64,000 nt of DNA, from contig CM052816.1 in the NCBI GenBank assembly GCA_028534125.1, positions 18,602,001 through 18,666,000 on the forward strand. The letters run 5' to 3'. Source of the stretch: Lama glama. Taxonomy: Eukaryota. The position numbers and the translations under genes were made by a program. The notes beneath the pieces were generated by a model, which did no database searches, was not told the origin of the DNA, and saw nothing but the letters and a program-made list of their open reading frames with translations. Shown piece after piece: positions 39,238 through 52,557 of this stretch; position 1 is the first letter of the stretch, and each line of letters opens with the position of its first letter.

Positions 39238-39547
39238 CAGGCATACCTTGGAGATTTTGTGTGTTAAGTTCTAGTTAAGTTCTCACCACAATAAAGCAAG
39301 AGAGTAAAATGAGTGTTTTCATCCCCCAGTACATAGAAAAGTTATGCTTATACTGCACTGTAAACTATTAAGTGTGCACTAGCATGATGTTTAAAAAAAC
39401 AACATACATACCTTAATTTAAAAATACTTAATCATTCAAAATTCTTACCGTCATTTGACAATGCAGGGTTGCCACAAACCTTCAATTTGTAAAAAAAATT
39501 CTGTGAAGCATTAATACAGTGAAGCACAATAAGACAAGATATGCCTG
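39238..39547 (+). mobile_element. Tigger2/MER28-type Tc1-mariner non-autonomous element
   Basis: TIRs CAGGCATACCTTG...CAAGATATGCCTG followed by TA; internal GGTTGCCACAAACCTTCAATTTGTAAAAAA. Confidence 0.85.
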
Positions 39548-39994
39548 TAGACTATTTTAGAATACTTTTCAGATTTCAGAAAAGTTCAAAAGATAGTACA
39601 GAGAGTTCTTGTGTAACCCACATCCAATCATTAACATATTATATTAACATGGTACATTTGTTACAATTAATGAACCAATATTAATATATTACTATTGACT
39701 AAAACGTATACTTTACTCATACTTTCTTAGTTTTTACTTAATATCCTTTTAATATCTGGGAGCTTTTTAGAAATGTGGAATCTTAGCCCCTACTCAGATC
39801 TAGTTGATAAGAATCTATACTTTAAAAAGATCCCCAGGTAATTTTAAAGACATTAAAATTTGAGAAGTGTTCGTTAGAAAAAGGAACATTTTCAGAATGA
39901 AGCATGAAAAGAAAACAATAATTAAAAAATATAAAAGAGAATGTAAGAGCCAGAGTAAAGACAATGAGAAGTAGGTCTTATAATTAGAATATAA

Positions 39995-40064
39995 TTGCAT
40001 ATTATATTATATTTGCATATTATATTATGTTTGCATATTATATTACAATTGCATATTATACTAT
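39995..40064. repeat. 18-bp AT-rich minisatellite (TTGCATATTATATTAnnT), about 4 copies
   Basis: Units start at 39995, 40013, 40031 and 40049. Confidence 0.85.
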
Positions 40065-41019
40065 AATTATAAGAACTGCATCTAATTACATCATCAATAA
40101 TATAACATATTATATTATTGTATAATTGCAGTCTCCTTTGGAGACTGCAAAGAGAATGGATCGAAAGCAGTATTTTAAGAGACAATGGCTGGGAATTTTC
40201 TAAAACTGATAAAAGATATCAAGCCTTAGATTCTAGAAGCTCTAGGCACCCAAAACAGGAATGAAAGAAAATCCACACATAGGTACATCATATTAAACCT
40301 GCTGAAAACAAAGACAAAACAAATGAGAACAGACTACCTTCAATGAACTTACAGCTAACTCTAAACAGAAAAAATGGGAGCCAAGAGACATTGGAATGAT
40401 ATCCCCAGAGGGCTGAAAGATATAACTGCTAATCTAGAATTCTATACCCACAAAAAATATTCTTCAGAAATTTTGACATGATAAAATTCAGACAAATAAA
40501 AAATAAGGGATGTTTTACTTCAACTACTTTGCATTAAAGGAAATACTAAAGAGTATCTTTTAGTAGAAGGAAACTGATCCCAGATGGAAGCTTGGCGATA
40601 CGGAAAAAAACAAAAAACAATGAAGACAGAAAATATGTGAGTAAATCTGAGTAACTTCCAACTGCATAAAATAGTAATAATGTATTGTGGGTTTAAAAGA
40701 TATAAACATTAAAATACAAACAATATCAGAGAATTAAAGTACTAAATAAAACTATTACATTATCCAGAAAAGAAACAGAAACATCAGTTAAAACTGGATT
40801 TTGATAATACATGCAATAATATCTAGAATAAATATTCAAAGAATGACTACAAATCATATAAAACTTTCAACTTAATAGAGGCATAAATGTCATACAAAAA
40901 TAATTAATAAAATGGAGGCCAAGAATGGGGAGAAATAATATAGAACAGGAATTGAAAACAGAAAGCACTGTTAAGCTGGTGGATTTAATTGAAACTATCA
41001 GGTTTACATTAAGTGAACT

Positions 41020-41428
41020 GGTCTAGGCAGTAAAAAGTCTGCCTCCACTTGAGGATGTTTGAGTGCTGACAGTTCTTCATTCTCACCCTTCCCTCTTCCC
41101 CTCTGCTCCACATGTAGGAAAGCTGGTAAGAAAATATGAGTACTCCTTCCTATGGCACCAATGGGAGATTCAAACCACACAAGCCTTTTTGTTTGAGGGA
41201 ATCTCAGTCCCACCCCAACCCCCTAACCATGGTCTCCTTTCCTTGCTCTCAGGCCATTTCAGGTCTGCTTGGGAAGTCTCATCTGTTTTCTCAGACAGCC
41301 TCAATTATGTAAGTAGTATGTAAACCTTTTCATATCCTTTTGGTGTGTATGTATGGTGTCATCAGTTTCAACATCCAAACCAAAATATGGGTAGAGGGCT
41401 ATCCTGCTTCTTTAGAGGGGCTAAAACA
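41020..41428 (+). mobile_element. ERV-L-type solo LTR (LTR41-like) inserted in L1
   Basis: GC-richer block interrupting the A-rich L1: CCCTTCCCTCTTCCCCTCTGCTCCACAT..AAGCTGGTAAGAAA..TTCAAACCACACAAGCC; ends AAAACA. Family name tentative. Confidence 0.55.
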
Positions 41429-42084
41429 GTTTAACATGTCCTAATTAGAAGACCAAGATTATGAGGCTTGATTGAAAATGGAAACCCAAGTATATGACAT
41501 TTACAATAGATATATCTGAAACAGAAGGATACAGAAAGATGAAAGTAAATGATTGAAAAAGTAATATAGAAGTCACTAAATACATTTGGTTTTGTTATAT
41601 TAATATCCAAAGATAAAGTAGACTGCAAAGCAAAATGCATTACTAGACATAAAGAAAAACATTTTCAAAAAATAAAAAGTTTAATTCAGAGGATGATGTA
41701 AGTACTCTAAAACTGTACACATCTAATAAAGGAGCCTCAAAATACTTATGCACAAATCAAGTTTCAAACATTAAGATAAAGAGAAATGTGCAATCACAAT
41801 AGAAAACTGTTGCACACCAATTTCAGTAACTGAAAGAACAGGCAGACAAAAAGCCATGAGAAATACAGGAAATGTAAACTACATGATTAGCAAACTGACA
41901 GGATGGACAAATTTTCTACACTTCAAACTGCAAAAGATACATTTTTTTCTCAAGTGCATATGGAATATTCACAAAAATTGACCAAATGGTATGATAGGAG
42001 CTTTTTTTTTTGATAAATCATTGAGCTGTATTGAAAATTTTATTCACATTACTGTTTTTGTACTATTTTTCACAATAATCTGGA

Positions 42085-42400
42085 GGTTCTCCATCCAGGA
42101 TTAAGACCCTTCATGGTGTCAGAGACCCAGCCTCATTCTATCTTGCCGCTCCATTTTCCATTTTTAAGGCTGCCTTAGTCCAAAATGGCTGCTGAAACTC
42201 CAGCCATTAGGACCACGTTCCAAGCACAAGGAGGAGAAGAAGAGGGATTTCACAACCTCCTTTTAAAAACACTTTCTAGAATTCACAAGTACTACTTCTG
42301 CTTATAATCTCAATGGCCAGAACTTAGTTACTTTCACATCTAGTTCCACAGAAGGCTGGGAAAAGAGTCTTTATTTTGGTTGGCCATGTTCTAAGGAAAA
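42085..42400 (-). mobile_element. MLT1J/K-type MaLR LTR fragment
   Basis: CAAAATGGCTGCTGAAACTCCAGCCAT...ACTTCTGCTTATATCTCAATGGCCAGAACTTAGT...GGCTGGGAAA. Confidence 0.7.
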
Positions 42401-43629
42401 AAAGATTGAGGGCTTCATTGCTACACAGGGAAAACTATAATGATATCCAGATATGGAAATAAAGAGAGAGGGGGAAAAAAAGATTCACATTTTGATCTTA
42501 TTTAATGGACAATTTCTCCAGCCCCAGGCTATCACCATCAACAAAAATCACAAACTTTGTTCCCTAGGATCCCCTTTGCCTATATTCCTTTGGTTTGGTA
42601 TGAAGGGGGACTGGATGGGCTGGGAGGAACAGGCAAGTAAGCAATTACTAAGTCAAGTGAGCTTTGTATCCATATCCTAAATACAGTAGGTTTAATGAAT
42701 AGGCTGCAGAGGTCCTTCAAGTTAAAGTGAGTGATTGCACAGAAACTGAAGTCATTAATAAATACAGCCTCTATTTCATATTTCATGTAGGATTCCAAGT
42801 CTAAATCAAATACAACTGTTGAAAGGCCAGATGTTATTCCCATTGCTACATTTCAGTGTTTTCCTGGAAGTGATCTCACCCTCATGGTAACGCTCATGTC
42901 CAACTGTTCATACTATTTATACATAGGGACCCAGCTTTAAGGTTTAAAAATGCATCAAGCTGCAAACATCTATTGCTCTGAGTGCCGAGACTGTCACGGG
43001 GAATTGTTAACTTTGATGGCCATTATGTAACTTGTAAACATGTGGGTATATCGTTATGGACGGTTCTGAGCCACACTTTCACGTTAACCAGGGTGGGGAA
43101 TCAAAGTCTTCGCTGCCCCCTTCTATGAAGAAAAAAGTTAACTGCCATTATTCACCTCCTACAGATTAGAAAGTATGAAATCCCAAAGCCAAAAGGGATA
43201 TCTGGTCAGAGCCATGAACAGAGTGTCAAATCTTGAAAGGAAAAACAGAAACAAAAACAAAAAACAACTATCAGGAAGAAGTGGGATGATGCCTTTCACC
43301 TGGAATATTTTCTTCTTTTTGTTCTTACCTTTTCAAGTTTGAGGGTAAAGAGAGGCATCGTGAGAAAATAAGCTTTTTTTTTGAAGAAGAGCATAGATTT
43401 CCTCTGAGGATAATTATACAATTTTGGTTTTATGCATTCATCTCACAAAATCATTATTGGCATGATGAAGTGAAAACAATACAGTTATTAACACATTGAT
43501 AGCTATACACACTTAAAAAATTTTTTAACACACACTTTTAATAGTTAATTCACACTATAAATGTGAAATGGAACATTTAGACGGTTCTTATACTGAATAT
43601 CAATATGAAGACAACTAATGTAAGACTGA

Positions 43630-43950
43630 TAAAAACAACAGCTCACATTTCTGGAGGTATTTCCCATGGGCCCAGTCCTGTGCTAAGTGGCTTGTATGCT
43701 TTATCTCACCAAACAGAAGGAGGCTCTATTATTATGCCCAGGCTCAGCAGAGGGAAGTGAGGTGCAGGCAGGGTACATCACTTGCCCAATCCGCATGGCC
43801 TGTGAGCCATGGAGCTGGGATTTGAGCCCAGGCTGCTTGCTCCAGAGCCTGTCCTTGTAAGACTAGACTGCATAGCCTGGGATTAAATGAGACATAATGC
43901 ATTAAGGGAGTTTAGCCCAACGCTTGGCACATAATGAGCTGCCAAATAAA
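43630..43950. mobile_element. Adjacent MIR fragments in opposite orientations
   Basis: Minus: CACTTGCCCAA...GGAGCTGGGATTTGAGCCCAGG; plus: GGATTAAATGAGACATAATGCAT...CTTGGCACATAAT. Confidence 0.7.
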
Positions 43951-46900
43951 GGCAAAATGAAGGACTTTCACACAAAAACAGACTAAAGCAAGCTGCAACT
44001 CACATACCTTCCACATCACTGAAGGTGCCTGGGAGGACAGCTAAAGTAATGAAAGTACCGGGACCACCTGGTCGAGGGTCCCTTTTTGGTTCTACGTCTG
44101 TTTCACAATTATTCCTGGGTTCCAGCTCTGAATCACTCCCTGATGGGCGGGGTGGCTTTGGACTAATCACTGCTCCTCTCTGGACCTGACATTCTTCTGT
44201 AAAACAAGAAGATTTGGCTGGAATGATTCTTCAACTTTTCTCTTGCTCTGAACTTCTACAATTTAAGTCACCTCTAAGATTTTGCCTGTGAAAATTAGTC
44301 CAGGAGCCCAGAGAGGCTGATACTTTCCTTCAATATGTAGAAAAAGATTAACCACCCTATTAAGAAAGACAGCAATGCACTATAAGGATCAGCATTTTCC
44401 ACAAAGAATGAACTCTGTTTCGATGGCAACAGGCTGTCGTGGCAAAACTGCAGGCTTCCAGAGTAGGCATGACTCAAAACCAGACAGCCAGGGAAGACCT
44501 TTAGAATAGCTGATGGAATCAAATTATGCCAATGACTTTCATAAGCCTGCTGCATTTCAGACCCAAATGCGTCAGTCCTGATGGGAAATGCACGCAGGCT
44601 GCTTTCAAGGGCAGACACAGAGGTTCTGAAGTCTGCTTAATGGCGCCCACTAGTGGAAGGTCATGTTGTGGCGATGCAGACTTCCTGGTCACAAGGTTTC
44701 CAACAGCTTCATAATGTCCAAAGTCCACCCATGCTCCCCCGGATAGGGAAACAGATGAAAGAGGAAGTGCCTTGTCCAAGGCCATCAGCTGGTTAGAGAC
44801 AGAGCTGACCTCTTGGCAGCCATTTTGGTCCACACAGAGAGGTCATTTTCTGTACAAAACACTGATGGGTCTCTATCATAAACTATCATTTAACATTTAT
44901 TTGTTGCAAGATACTGGTCACCATATTAAAAGAAAGTGCAAATTTGCTCTATCCTTAACCCAAGGAAATATAAAATATCTGGACAGAGCCTTAGGTCTTC
45001 TGATTTTGTCATCATTTAATTTAATAACTGTGCAAATAAATGTTTGGGATCCTCTTGCCCATGAAAATTTTATTAGAGTCAAGTGATTCAGAGAGAGAAA
45101 TTATTGGAAATAAGAATTATTTGACAAATACTTTGAACTTCTCATGAGTGATCAGGATAGCACATTGCAAACTCTCGAACATCTGACAAAACCTACTAAG
45201 TAGTCTCAAAATAAGTGTACGGTTATAGCACCATTTATTTACTGGATGATCAGCCAATACTTTAAACATTGTGTATTATCTGTATTCAAACAATGTTTAA
45301 GCATGTTAGGGAAATAAAAGCAGCACGTGACTCAGGTCTTCTCCCCAGAGAGGCTGCATGTCTTCACAAGGAAATGAGATATATACAATGGATATAATAT
45401 ATATGATTGTAATTCTGAAATAATTTAAATGCCCTAGAAAAGTTTTGAGGGAGTTTCGAGAAGGAACGTCAATAAATTTACAAACAGCTAGGAGAACTTC
45501 ATGAAGCAGACAGGACTCGAACTGAATCTCAAAGAGTGGGAAGGGCATTTAAGTAGAAATAAAGGAGGAAAAATTTTCAGAAAAGGCAAACTCACAAGGA
45601 TGCTTAGTGGTGGCGGAGGCAGGAAGGAATTCCTTGGAGAGAAAGGGGGTGTTCAAAAAAGTTCTGTCATGTCTCATTTCATTATGACTTTAGTTTCTCA
45701 AACCTCTCTCAGTTCCCAGCTGGCTTCTTTCTTGCCTCTCTGTCTAGGCTAGAACTCACAGTCAGCACTGCGAATCTAGCTCGTCGACCCTGTGCTTTAG
45801 TTACCTTGCAACCTCCCTCTGCTGGTCATGTCCGCTGTTCCCACTCCTGGGCAGCCAGACACTCCTGGAGAGTCACAGACACTGGCTTCCCAAGACCCTG
45901 CTGCTTGGCAACCTTTTCCTTCATTTCCTATTTATCAGCTCCCGTGGACAGTCCAAACCAGGCTTAATCTCATGCTCATGGTCATTTCCTTGCCAACCAG
46001 ACATTTTCTACTTATCTCAGAAGACTAAGGCTATTTGACATGGACTCCAACATACCTTGTCCCTACTTTAAAATGTTTCTTTATTGTCACTTATCCTTCA
46101 TGCACGTTCCAATGTTCCAGACTACCCTCTCACCTTCACACATCACTTCCTCAGGCAAGACTCTATAATAGGACCCCTGACTCCCCACATTTTCAGCCTC
46201 TTGGAGAACAGAGCACTGTCTTTGCTTTTAGGCATTCTATGTGTTAGGTGAATGAGAGACACATAAGGGAAAACCTCTATTCTATTCAATTCTGGAGCTC
46301 CTGTGATTCCAAGAGACATAGGATTAGCAATTGTCCTAGGGAGACTGTCCTTGGAGAAAGGAGAATGAATGTAGAAGAGCGTCTCAGGAGTCGAGGCCAG
46401 ACAGTCATCACTGCATGTATCTGAGCTTCAGTTTTCGCACAAATGAGGAGCAAGGACAAATGAGGTAGTAAATGCAAAAACAAAAAGGCGCTTTGTTCTC
46501 TTTCAAAGAAAGAAACACACGAAGGAATGAAGGACCCTGAATTGTTAAATGGACGATTTATGTGTAACCCTTCTAAGTGTGCCTTAGTAATGTTTTCTTT
46601 TCTTTCTCTCTGTCTTTTTTATAAGGTTTTGGGAAGAAAGGGACAAACTGTAACTTTTGATAATAAAAGGATGTTTCAAAATATTCGATAATGATCAAAA
46701 AAACCCTAAGTCATTTAGTAGGTGATTTTTGTTTCAAAAACTATGGGTCAGAAATCACTTTTCTAACTCACATTGTACTTAAATGATAAACTGGAACAGC
46801 TGATCATTTGCTATTTGCTATTGAAAATGCGGGCATCGCGGGCTAACCTGAATGCATACTTCCTTGTGGGATTCTGTTTGCTCTCACACACCACCCACTC

Positions 46901-47293
46901 TTTGCTCTTGCTTGACAGCCCTTCTGTTTCTGTATGGTTTGGCACTGGTAAAATGCAAAGAGATGTGTAGAGTGCTCATGAAATGCAAAACATGCTAATG
47001 AAACGTGGGAATTAGGGATTTTCTCCGAGACTCAAATCATTTCCATTATGTCTTATTTCTCCTCTAATGCCTCATCAAAGGTTCTAAAAAAATTGAACAG
47101 ACCATAAGGAAAGTTTTCAATGAGATTGTAATTGGGTATATAAAGATCCATAAATTAAACCAACAAAATGAAATTTCCTGAAGTCCCATGAAGGCTCCCA
47201 TGGCATGCCAAGCTTTGCTTCTGTTCTAGTTTGGCTTTTCAAGTGAAAGCACATAGTTAGGATTTTTATTCCTGAAACAAAGGTGATGGATGT

Positions 47294-47789
47294 TGTGATG
47301 GTTAATTTTATACATCAACTTGGCCAGGCCACGGTACCCAAATATTTGGTCAAAGATCACATAAATACCTCTGTGAAGGTGTTTTTCAGATTAACATTTA
47401 AATCAGTAGACTTTGAGTAAATTATTCTCAAATAACGTGGAAAGGTCTTAGTGAATCAAGTGAGGTCTTAAGAGAAAAAAGATGGAGGTCCCTCAAGGAA
47501 GAGAGAATTCTGCCCTCAGGTGGCCTTCGGACGCCAAGCTGCAACATCAACTCTGCCCTGGGTCTCCATCCTCCTGCCCACCTGCCCTGAAGATGTTGGA
47601 CTTGCCAGCCTCCACAATTGCATGCACCAATTCCTTAAAATAATACATACTCTCTCTCTTCAGAATATAGTATGAAAAGGATTTTGTGTATATCTATTCT
47701 ATACATATAAATAAATACATTGTGTTTTGTATACACATACCCACACATAGAGCCTGTTGGTGCTGTTTCTTTGGCGAACCCTGACAGAT
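47294..47789 (+). mobile_element. MLT2 (ERV-L) solo LTR
   Basis: Starts TGTGATGGTTAATTTTATACATCAACTTGGCCAGGCCACGGTACCCA; ends TTGGTGCTGTTTCTTTGGCGAACCCTGAC. Confidence 0.88.
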
Positions 47790-49489
47790 GTTTAATGTGG
47801 AGAGAAAACAACATCTCCAGCAGAAACAAACTCTCTAAATTTGCAATTACAAAAGATACTTCTGGACTAGGGCTGTTATATTTTCCCTGAAAACTTCTGT
47901 TTACCCTGCTGTCTGGCAAAAAGTTCAGTTTAGTAGAGTAATCTACTCTGCAGGTCACACTTTCTACCTGTTATGTCCAACAGGTCTGACCAAGTTCTTT
48001 TTCTTGATAGTTCCTATTCAGCAGTAACAGACAAATATTATATCTCTGATACACATCAAAAAACAATTTAGAAGTAAACTTTGAGAACAGATAAAAACAC
48101 AAGTGTATCTTGTACAAATACTTGCACAAATATTTAAATATCCAGTAATTACTTCCCTATCTTCTCTCATGGTATCCAATATGAATATTCCTGGAGCAGT
48201 TGCAGATCTCCCTAGGGTCAAATGAAATTTTAAAATTCCATCTTTATTGTTGGAAACAAGCAAATCTTGGGAGTAGCCTAGATTTATAAGGCCCTTTGAA
48301 ATGCTTCATGGGCTCAGACAACTACAGGACCATCAACACTCCTTCCACCTGCACTCACCCTTATTCTCATATCCAGGATTGACTTCTGCCATGTTCTCAG
48401 TCTCTCCTGGCTTGCTTGCCTCCCTACTCATCTTCACATTCTTATAGCGCTCAGTTTAGTGCCTTGCACAAAATATGCACTGAATGTGAGCTTCAGTCAC
48501 TGAACAGTGAAGCAGTACTGTAACTTTGAGAGTCATTCATGTTGACAGTTCCTTTTTTAGGAGGTATTAGTGGCCAGAGAAACATTTTAGTCCCCAAACA
48601 GGAGAGTATCATTTCTTTCATTGTCATAATCCACTTATTACTTAGTTTAAGATGTTCAGCTGGTCTGAGTCAATCAGAACAATGGCGCCAAGAATGTGTG
48701 TGTTGTAACCTCTGGCAACGTTCTGATGATGTCTGTGTGTGGTGCAATTTCAGGGTTCAAAGCTCAGTGGGCCAATCGCATCTGTTTACCACGGTCTGGG
48801 GTAATCTAAGTCTTTGTTTTTCTAGGTGGCCCTGGGATATTTGCTTTCTGTTGATCAAAGTACTAGCAGATGGTGAAACTGGGTGAGGAAATATGTCCAC
48901 TGTGGATCTGTAAGTATCTGAAAGACTAAGGACTGTCTATTGACTGGGCTTAGTACATTCTGGAACCCTAAAATCAAATGAACAGTCCTGACACTAAATT
49001 CCCTGGCAGGATTTTAAAGCCAAGAGACTCTCATTTGAAAATGATGGATTTAAATAAAGAGTAGGTCTTCCATGATTACACATTTGTATGCAGTGAGAAA
49101 AAGAAAAGCTTTAATGGGAAAAGTTCATGTTTAATTTAAGTCTCATAGGCTAGAAAGTGATCTTATTTTATTCTGTGTAGATGACCACCACTGTCTTTTA
49201 GCTATAAAAGTGTGCCAGACACAGAGAATCAATTGATTCACAAGAGTTCTTGAGGGAAACCTTGGGTAAAATATTAGTGGTAAGCAATGAAGGCAGATAT
49301 TATAATTTATGAGTTGTGAGGAGCAGATTCCTCATTTTTGATCCTTTGCCCTTAGTACACAGTAGATAGATGAAGGGCCACTACATTCTACATAGGTACA
49401 AGCATTTCCCCTAAGGTCATGGTTCTGATGGTCAGACACAGGCACACAACTGACTGAGCAGGATCGAATTCAATAGACACTGTCTGAAA

Positions 49490-52400
49490 AACCAGACAAG
49501 ACTATGAAATATTAAAAGAATAAAGGGAATCATGCATAAAGAAGGAAAGTGTGATAACAAAGTCTTACCAAGTAAAGAATTTCAATAAAGAATAGAAATT
49601 ATACATAAAAGAACCAATAAGAATTCTACACTTGGAAAACACAGTTGCTGAAACACAAAATTCTGTAGAGGGACTTAACAGCAGATCTGAGCAAGCAAAG
49701 GAAAAAAATCAGGAAATTTGAAGATATGTCAGTTGAGATTATCCAGTCTAAGAAACAGAAAGAAAAAAGAACAAAGAAAAATGAACAGAGGATTAGAGAC
49801 CTATTGGGAACCCTCAAGAATACCAATATATACATAACGTTAGTTTGAGAAGGGCAGTAGAGAGAGAGAGAGAGAAATGGGCAAAAGAATATTTAAAGAA
49901 ATATTAACTGAAAACTTCTCAAATTTTGATGAAAACATTAACTTACAGAATCAAGAAGTTCAACAAAATCCAGGTAAGATAAACTAAAAAACTTGAAGAT
50001 TGGACACATCATAACCAAAGACAAAGACAAAAATAGATTCTTGAAAGCAACAAGAGAGAAGGAATTCTTCACATACAAGGAGTTCTCAAAGAGGTTAACA
50101 GCTGATTTATCATCAGAAATCAGGGTGGCCAGAGGCAGTGGTATGACATAGAAGAAAAATACTAAAAGTACCAGAAAAAAAAAAGCTGCTAATAAAGAAT
50201 TCTGTATCTGGCAAAATTATCCTTCTAAAAATGAAGGCAATGTTAAGACATTCCTTGATCAACAAAAACTTAAGAGAATTTGTTGCTAGCATATCTGTTC
50301 TACAGGAAATGCTAAGTTAGTCTTTCAGGATGAAACCAAAGGACACCAGACAGTAACTTGAATCCACATGAAAAAATAAAAAGCACTAGTAAAGGTAACT
50401 ACATAGGTAAAAAAAAGCAATAAATATAAATCCATATGTTGATGAGCATACAATATATAAAGGTAATTTGTATAACAAAGCACAAAGGAGGAAGGAAAGA
50501 GTGGAGCCATACAGGGGCAAAGTTTTTGCATACTATTGCAATCATTTCAGTATTAATCTGAACTAGATTGTTGTAAGTTAAGTCATACTCACCAGGGCAA
50601 CCACTAAGAAAATAACTCAAAAATATAAAGTAAAAAAAATGACAAGGAAGTTATAAAGTGCAATAGAAAATATTTATTGAACACAAAAGAAGGCAGTAAA
50701 TAGATGAATAAAAAAGATTATTTTCAGATGACATGAACTTGTATATGGAAAATTCCAAGGAATTCTTAAAAAATTAAAACTGTAAGAGCTAATAAACTAA
50801 TTTGGCAAGATTGCAGGATACAGGATATATATACAAAAAGCAGTTGTGTTTCTATGTTAGGAATGAATAATCTGAAAATGAAATTAAGAAAACAATTTCA
50901 TTAATAACAGCATCAAAAAGAATAAAATACTTAGTAATACATTTAACAAATGAAGTACAAGATACGTACCCTGAAACTACAAAACCTGTTGAAAGAAATT
51001 AAAGACCTAAATAAATGGAAAGACATCATATGTTCAAGGATTAGAAGACTTCATAAAGCTAAGATGGCAATACTCCCCAAACTGATCCACAGGTTCAAAT
51101 CAATCTCTATCAAAATTTCATCTGCCTTTCAATTTTTCTAGAAATTATCAAGCTGATTCTAAAATTCACATGGAAATACAATGGACCTAGAATAACCAAC
51201 ATCATTTTGAAAACAATTTTAGAAGACTCATTCTTCCTGATTTCAATATTTACTACAAACCTACAATTCAAGTCTGAGTGGTACTGGCATAGGTTAGACA
51301 TATAGATCAATGAAACAGAACTGAGAGTCCAGAATAGCCAAATGAATTTTGACAAGGGTTCCAAGAAAATTAAATGGGGAAACAATAGTGTTTTTAATAA
51401 ATAATGCTGAGAAAACTGGCTATCTACATACAAAAAAGAAAAAAAAGAAGAATTTGGACCCCTTACTTCACACCATATACAAAAATGAATTCAAAATGGA
51501 TCAAAGACCTAAACGCAAGAGATAAAATTATAACACTCTTAAAATAAAATGCAGACATACATATTTATGACCTTGGATTAGACAATGGCTTCTTAGATGT
51601 GATACCTAAATCACAAGCAGATAAAGGGAAAAAGAAGATACATTTAACTTCGTTAAAACTAAAATCTTCAGTGTTTCATAGGACACTATCAAGGAAACAA
51701 AAAGACAACCCACATATGGGACAAAATATCTGCAAATCATCTAAATGACAAGGATCCTGTGTCCAGAATAAATAAAGATGTTCAACTTCCCTGGTTATGA
51801 GAGAAATTCAATTCAAATCCACAATTATATACGATTTTACATCTACTAGGATCGCTATAATTAAAAAGACAGATAATAATATGCGTTGGTGAGGATGCGG
51901 AGAAATTGAAACTCTTATACATTGCTGGTGGGAATGTAAATTGATGCAGCCACTTTGGAAAATAGTTTGACAGTTCCTCCAAAAGTTAAACACAGAGTTA
52001 CCACATGACTCAGTAGTCCCATGCCTAGGTATATACCCAAGAGAATTGAAAATATATGTCTACACAAAAACTTGTACATAAATGTTCACAGCAGCATTAT
52101 TCATAATAGTCCAAAGTGGAGATAATCCAATTGTCCATCAACTGATGAATGGATAAACAAAATGTAATATATTCATTCAATTAAATATCATTCAGTCATA
52201 AAAATAAATAAAGTACTCACTCATGTTACATATAGAAGGACCCTGAAAACATGACAGTATACTGAAGAAGCCAGACGCAAAAGATCACATATCCTATGAT
52301 TTCATTTACATGAAACATCCAAAACAGGGAAGTCCACAGAGTGAAAAAAATAGATTAACAGTTGCCAAGGGCTAGGGAAAGTAGGGAATGGGGAGTGACT

Positions 52401-52557
52401 GCTAATGTGTAAGGCTTTTCATTCTGGGGTGATGAAAATACTCTAGAATTAGACAGTGGTAATTAGTGTATGATTTTGTGAATATACTAAAAAGCACTGA
52501 ATTGCGTATTTTAAAAGGGTAAATTTTATGATATGTGAATTAAATCTCAATTTAAAA
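49490..52557 (+). mobile_element. L1MB-type LINE: ORF1, internally deleted ORF2, 3' UTR
   Basis: ORF1-like 49490-50350; RT motif LFSDDM at 50718-50735; ORF2-like LLKEIKDLNKWKDI; 3' UTR TTCTGGGGTGATGAAAAT...ATATGTGAATTAAATCTCAAT. Confidence 0.88.

Larger units (their letters stand above)
38700..41990 (+). mobile_element. Ancient L1 (5'/ORF1 to early ORF2), heavily degraded, with nested insertions
   Basis: A-rich ORF1-like motifs (AACTTAATGGATGGGTTTAACAACAGATTAGA; AATGGCTGGGAATTTTCTAAAACTGATAAAAGATATCAAG; CTAGAATTCTATACCCA) and endonuclease-region motifs (ATATTAATATC..AGATAAAGTAGACT). Confidence 0.7.

Noticed and set aside
39995..40064. CRISPR-like array
   Set aside because: Head-to-tail tandem units with no unique spacers, in a mammalian L1 context; a minisatellite.
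50950..51141. ORF with reverse-transcriptase-like sequence as an active gene
   Set aside because: It is a fragment of a decayed L1 ORF2 with many stops and frameshifts.
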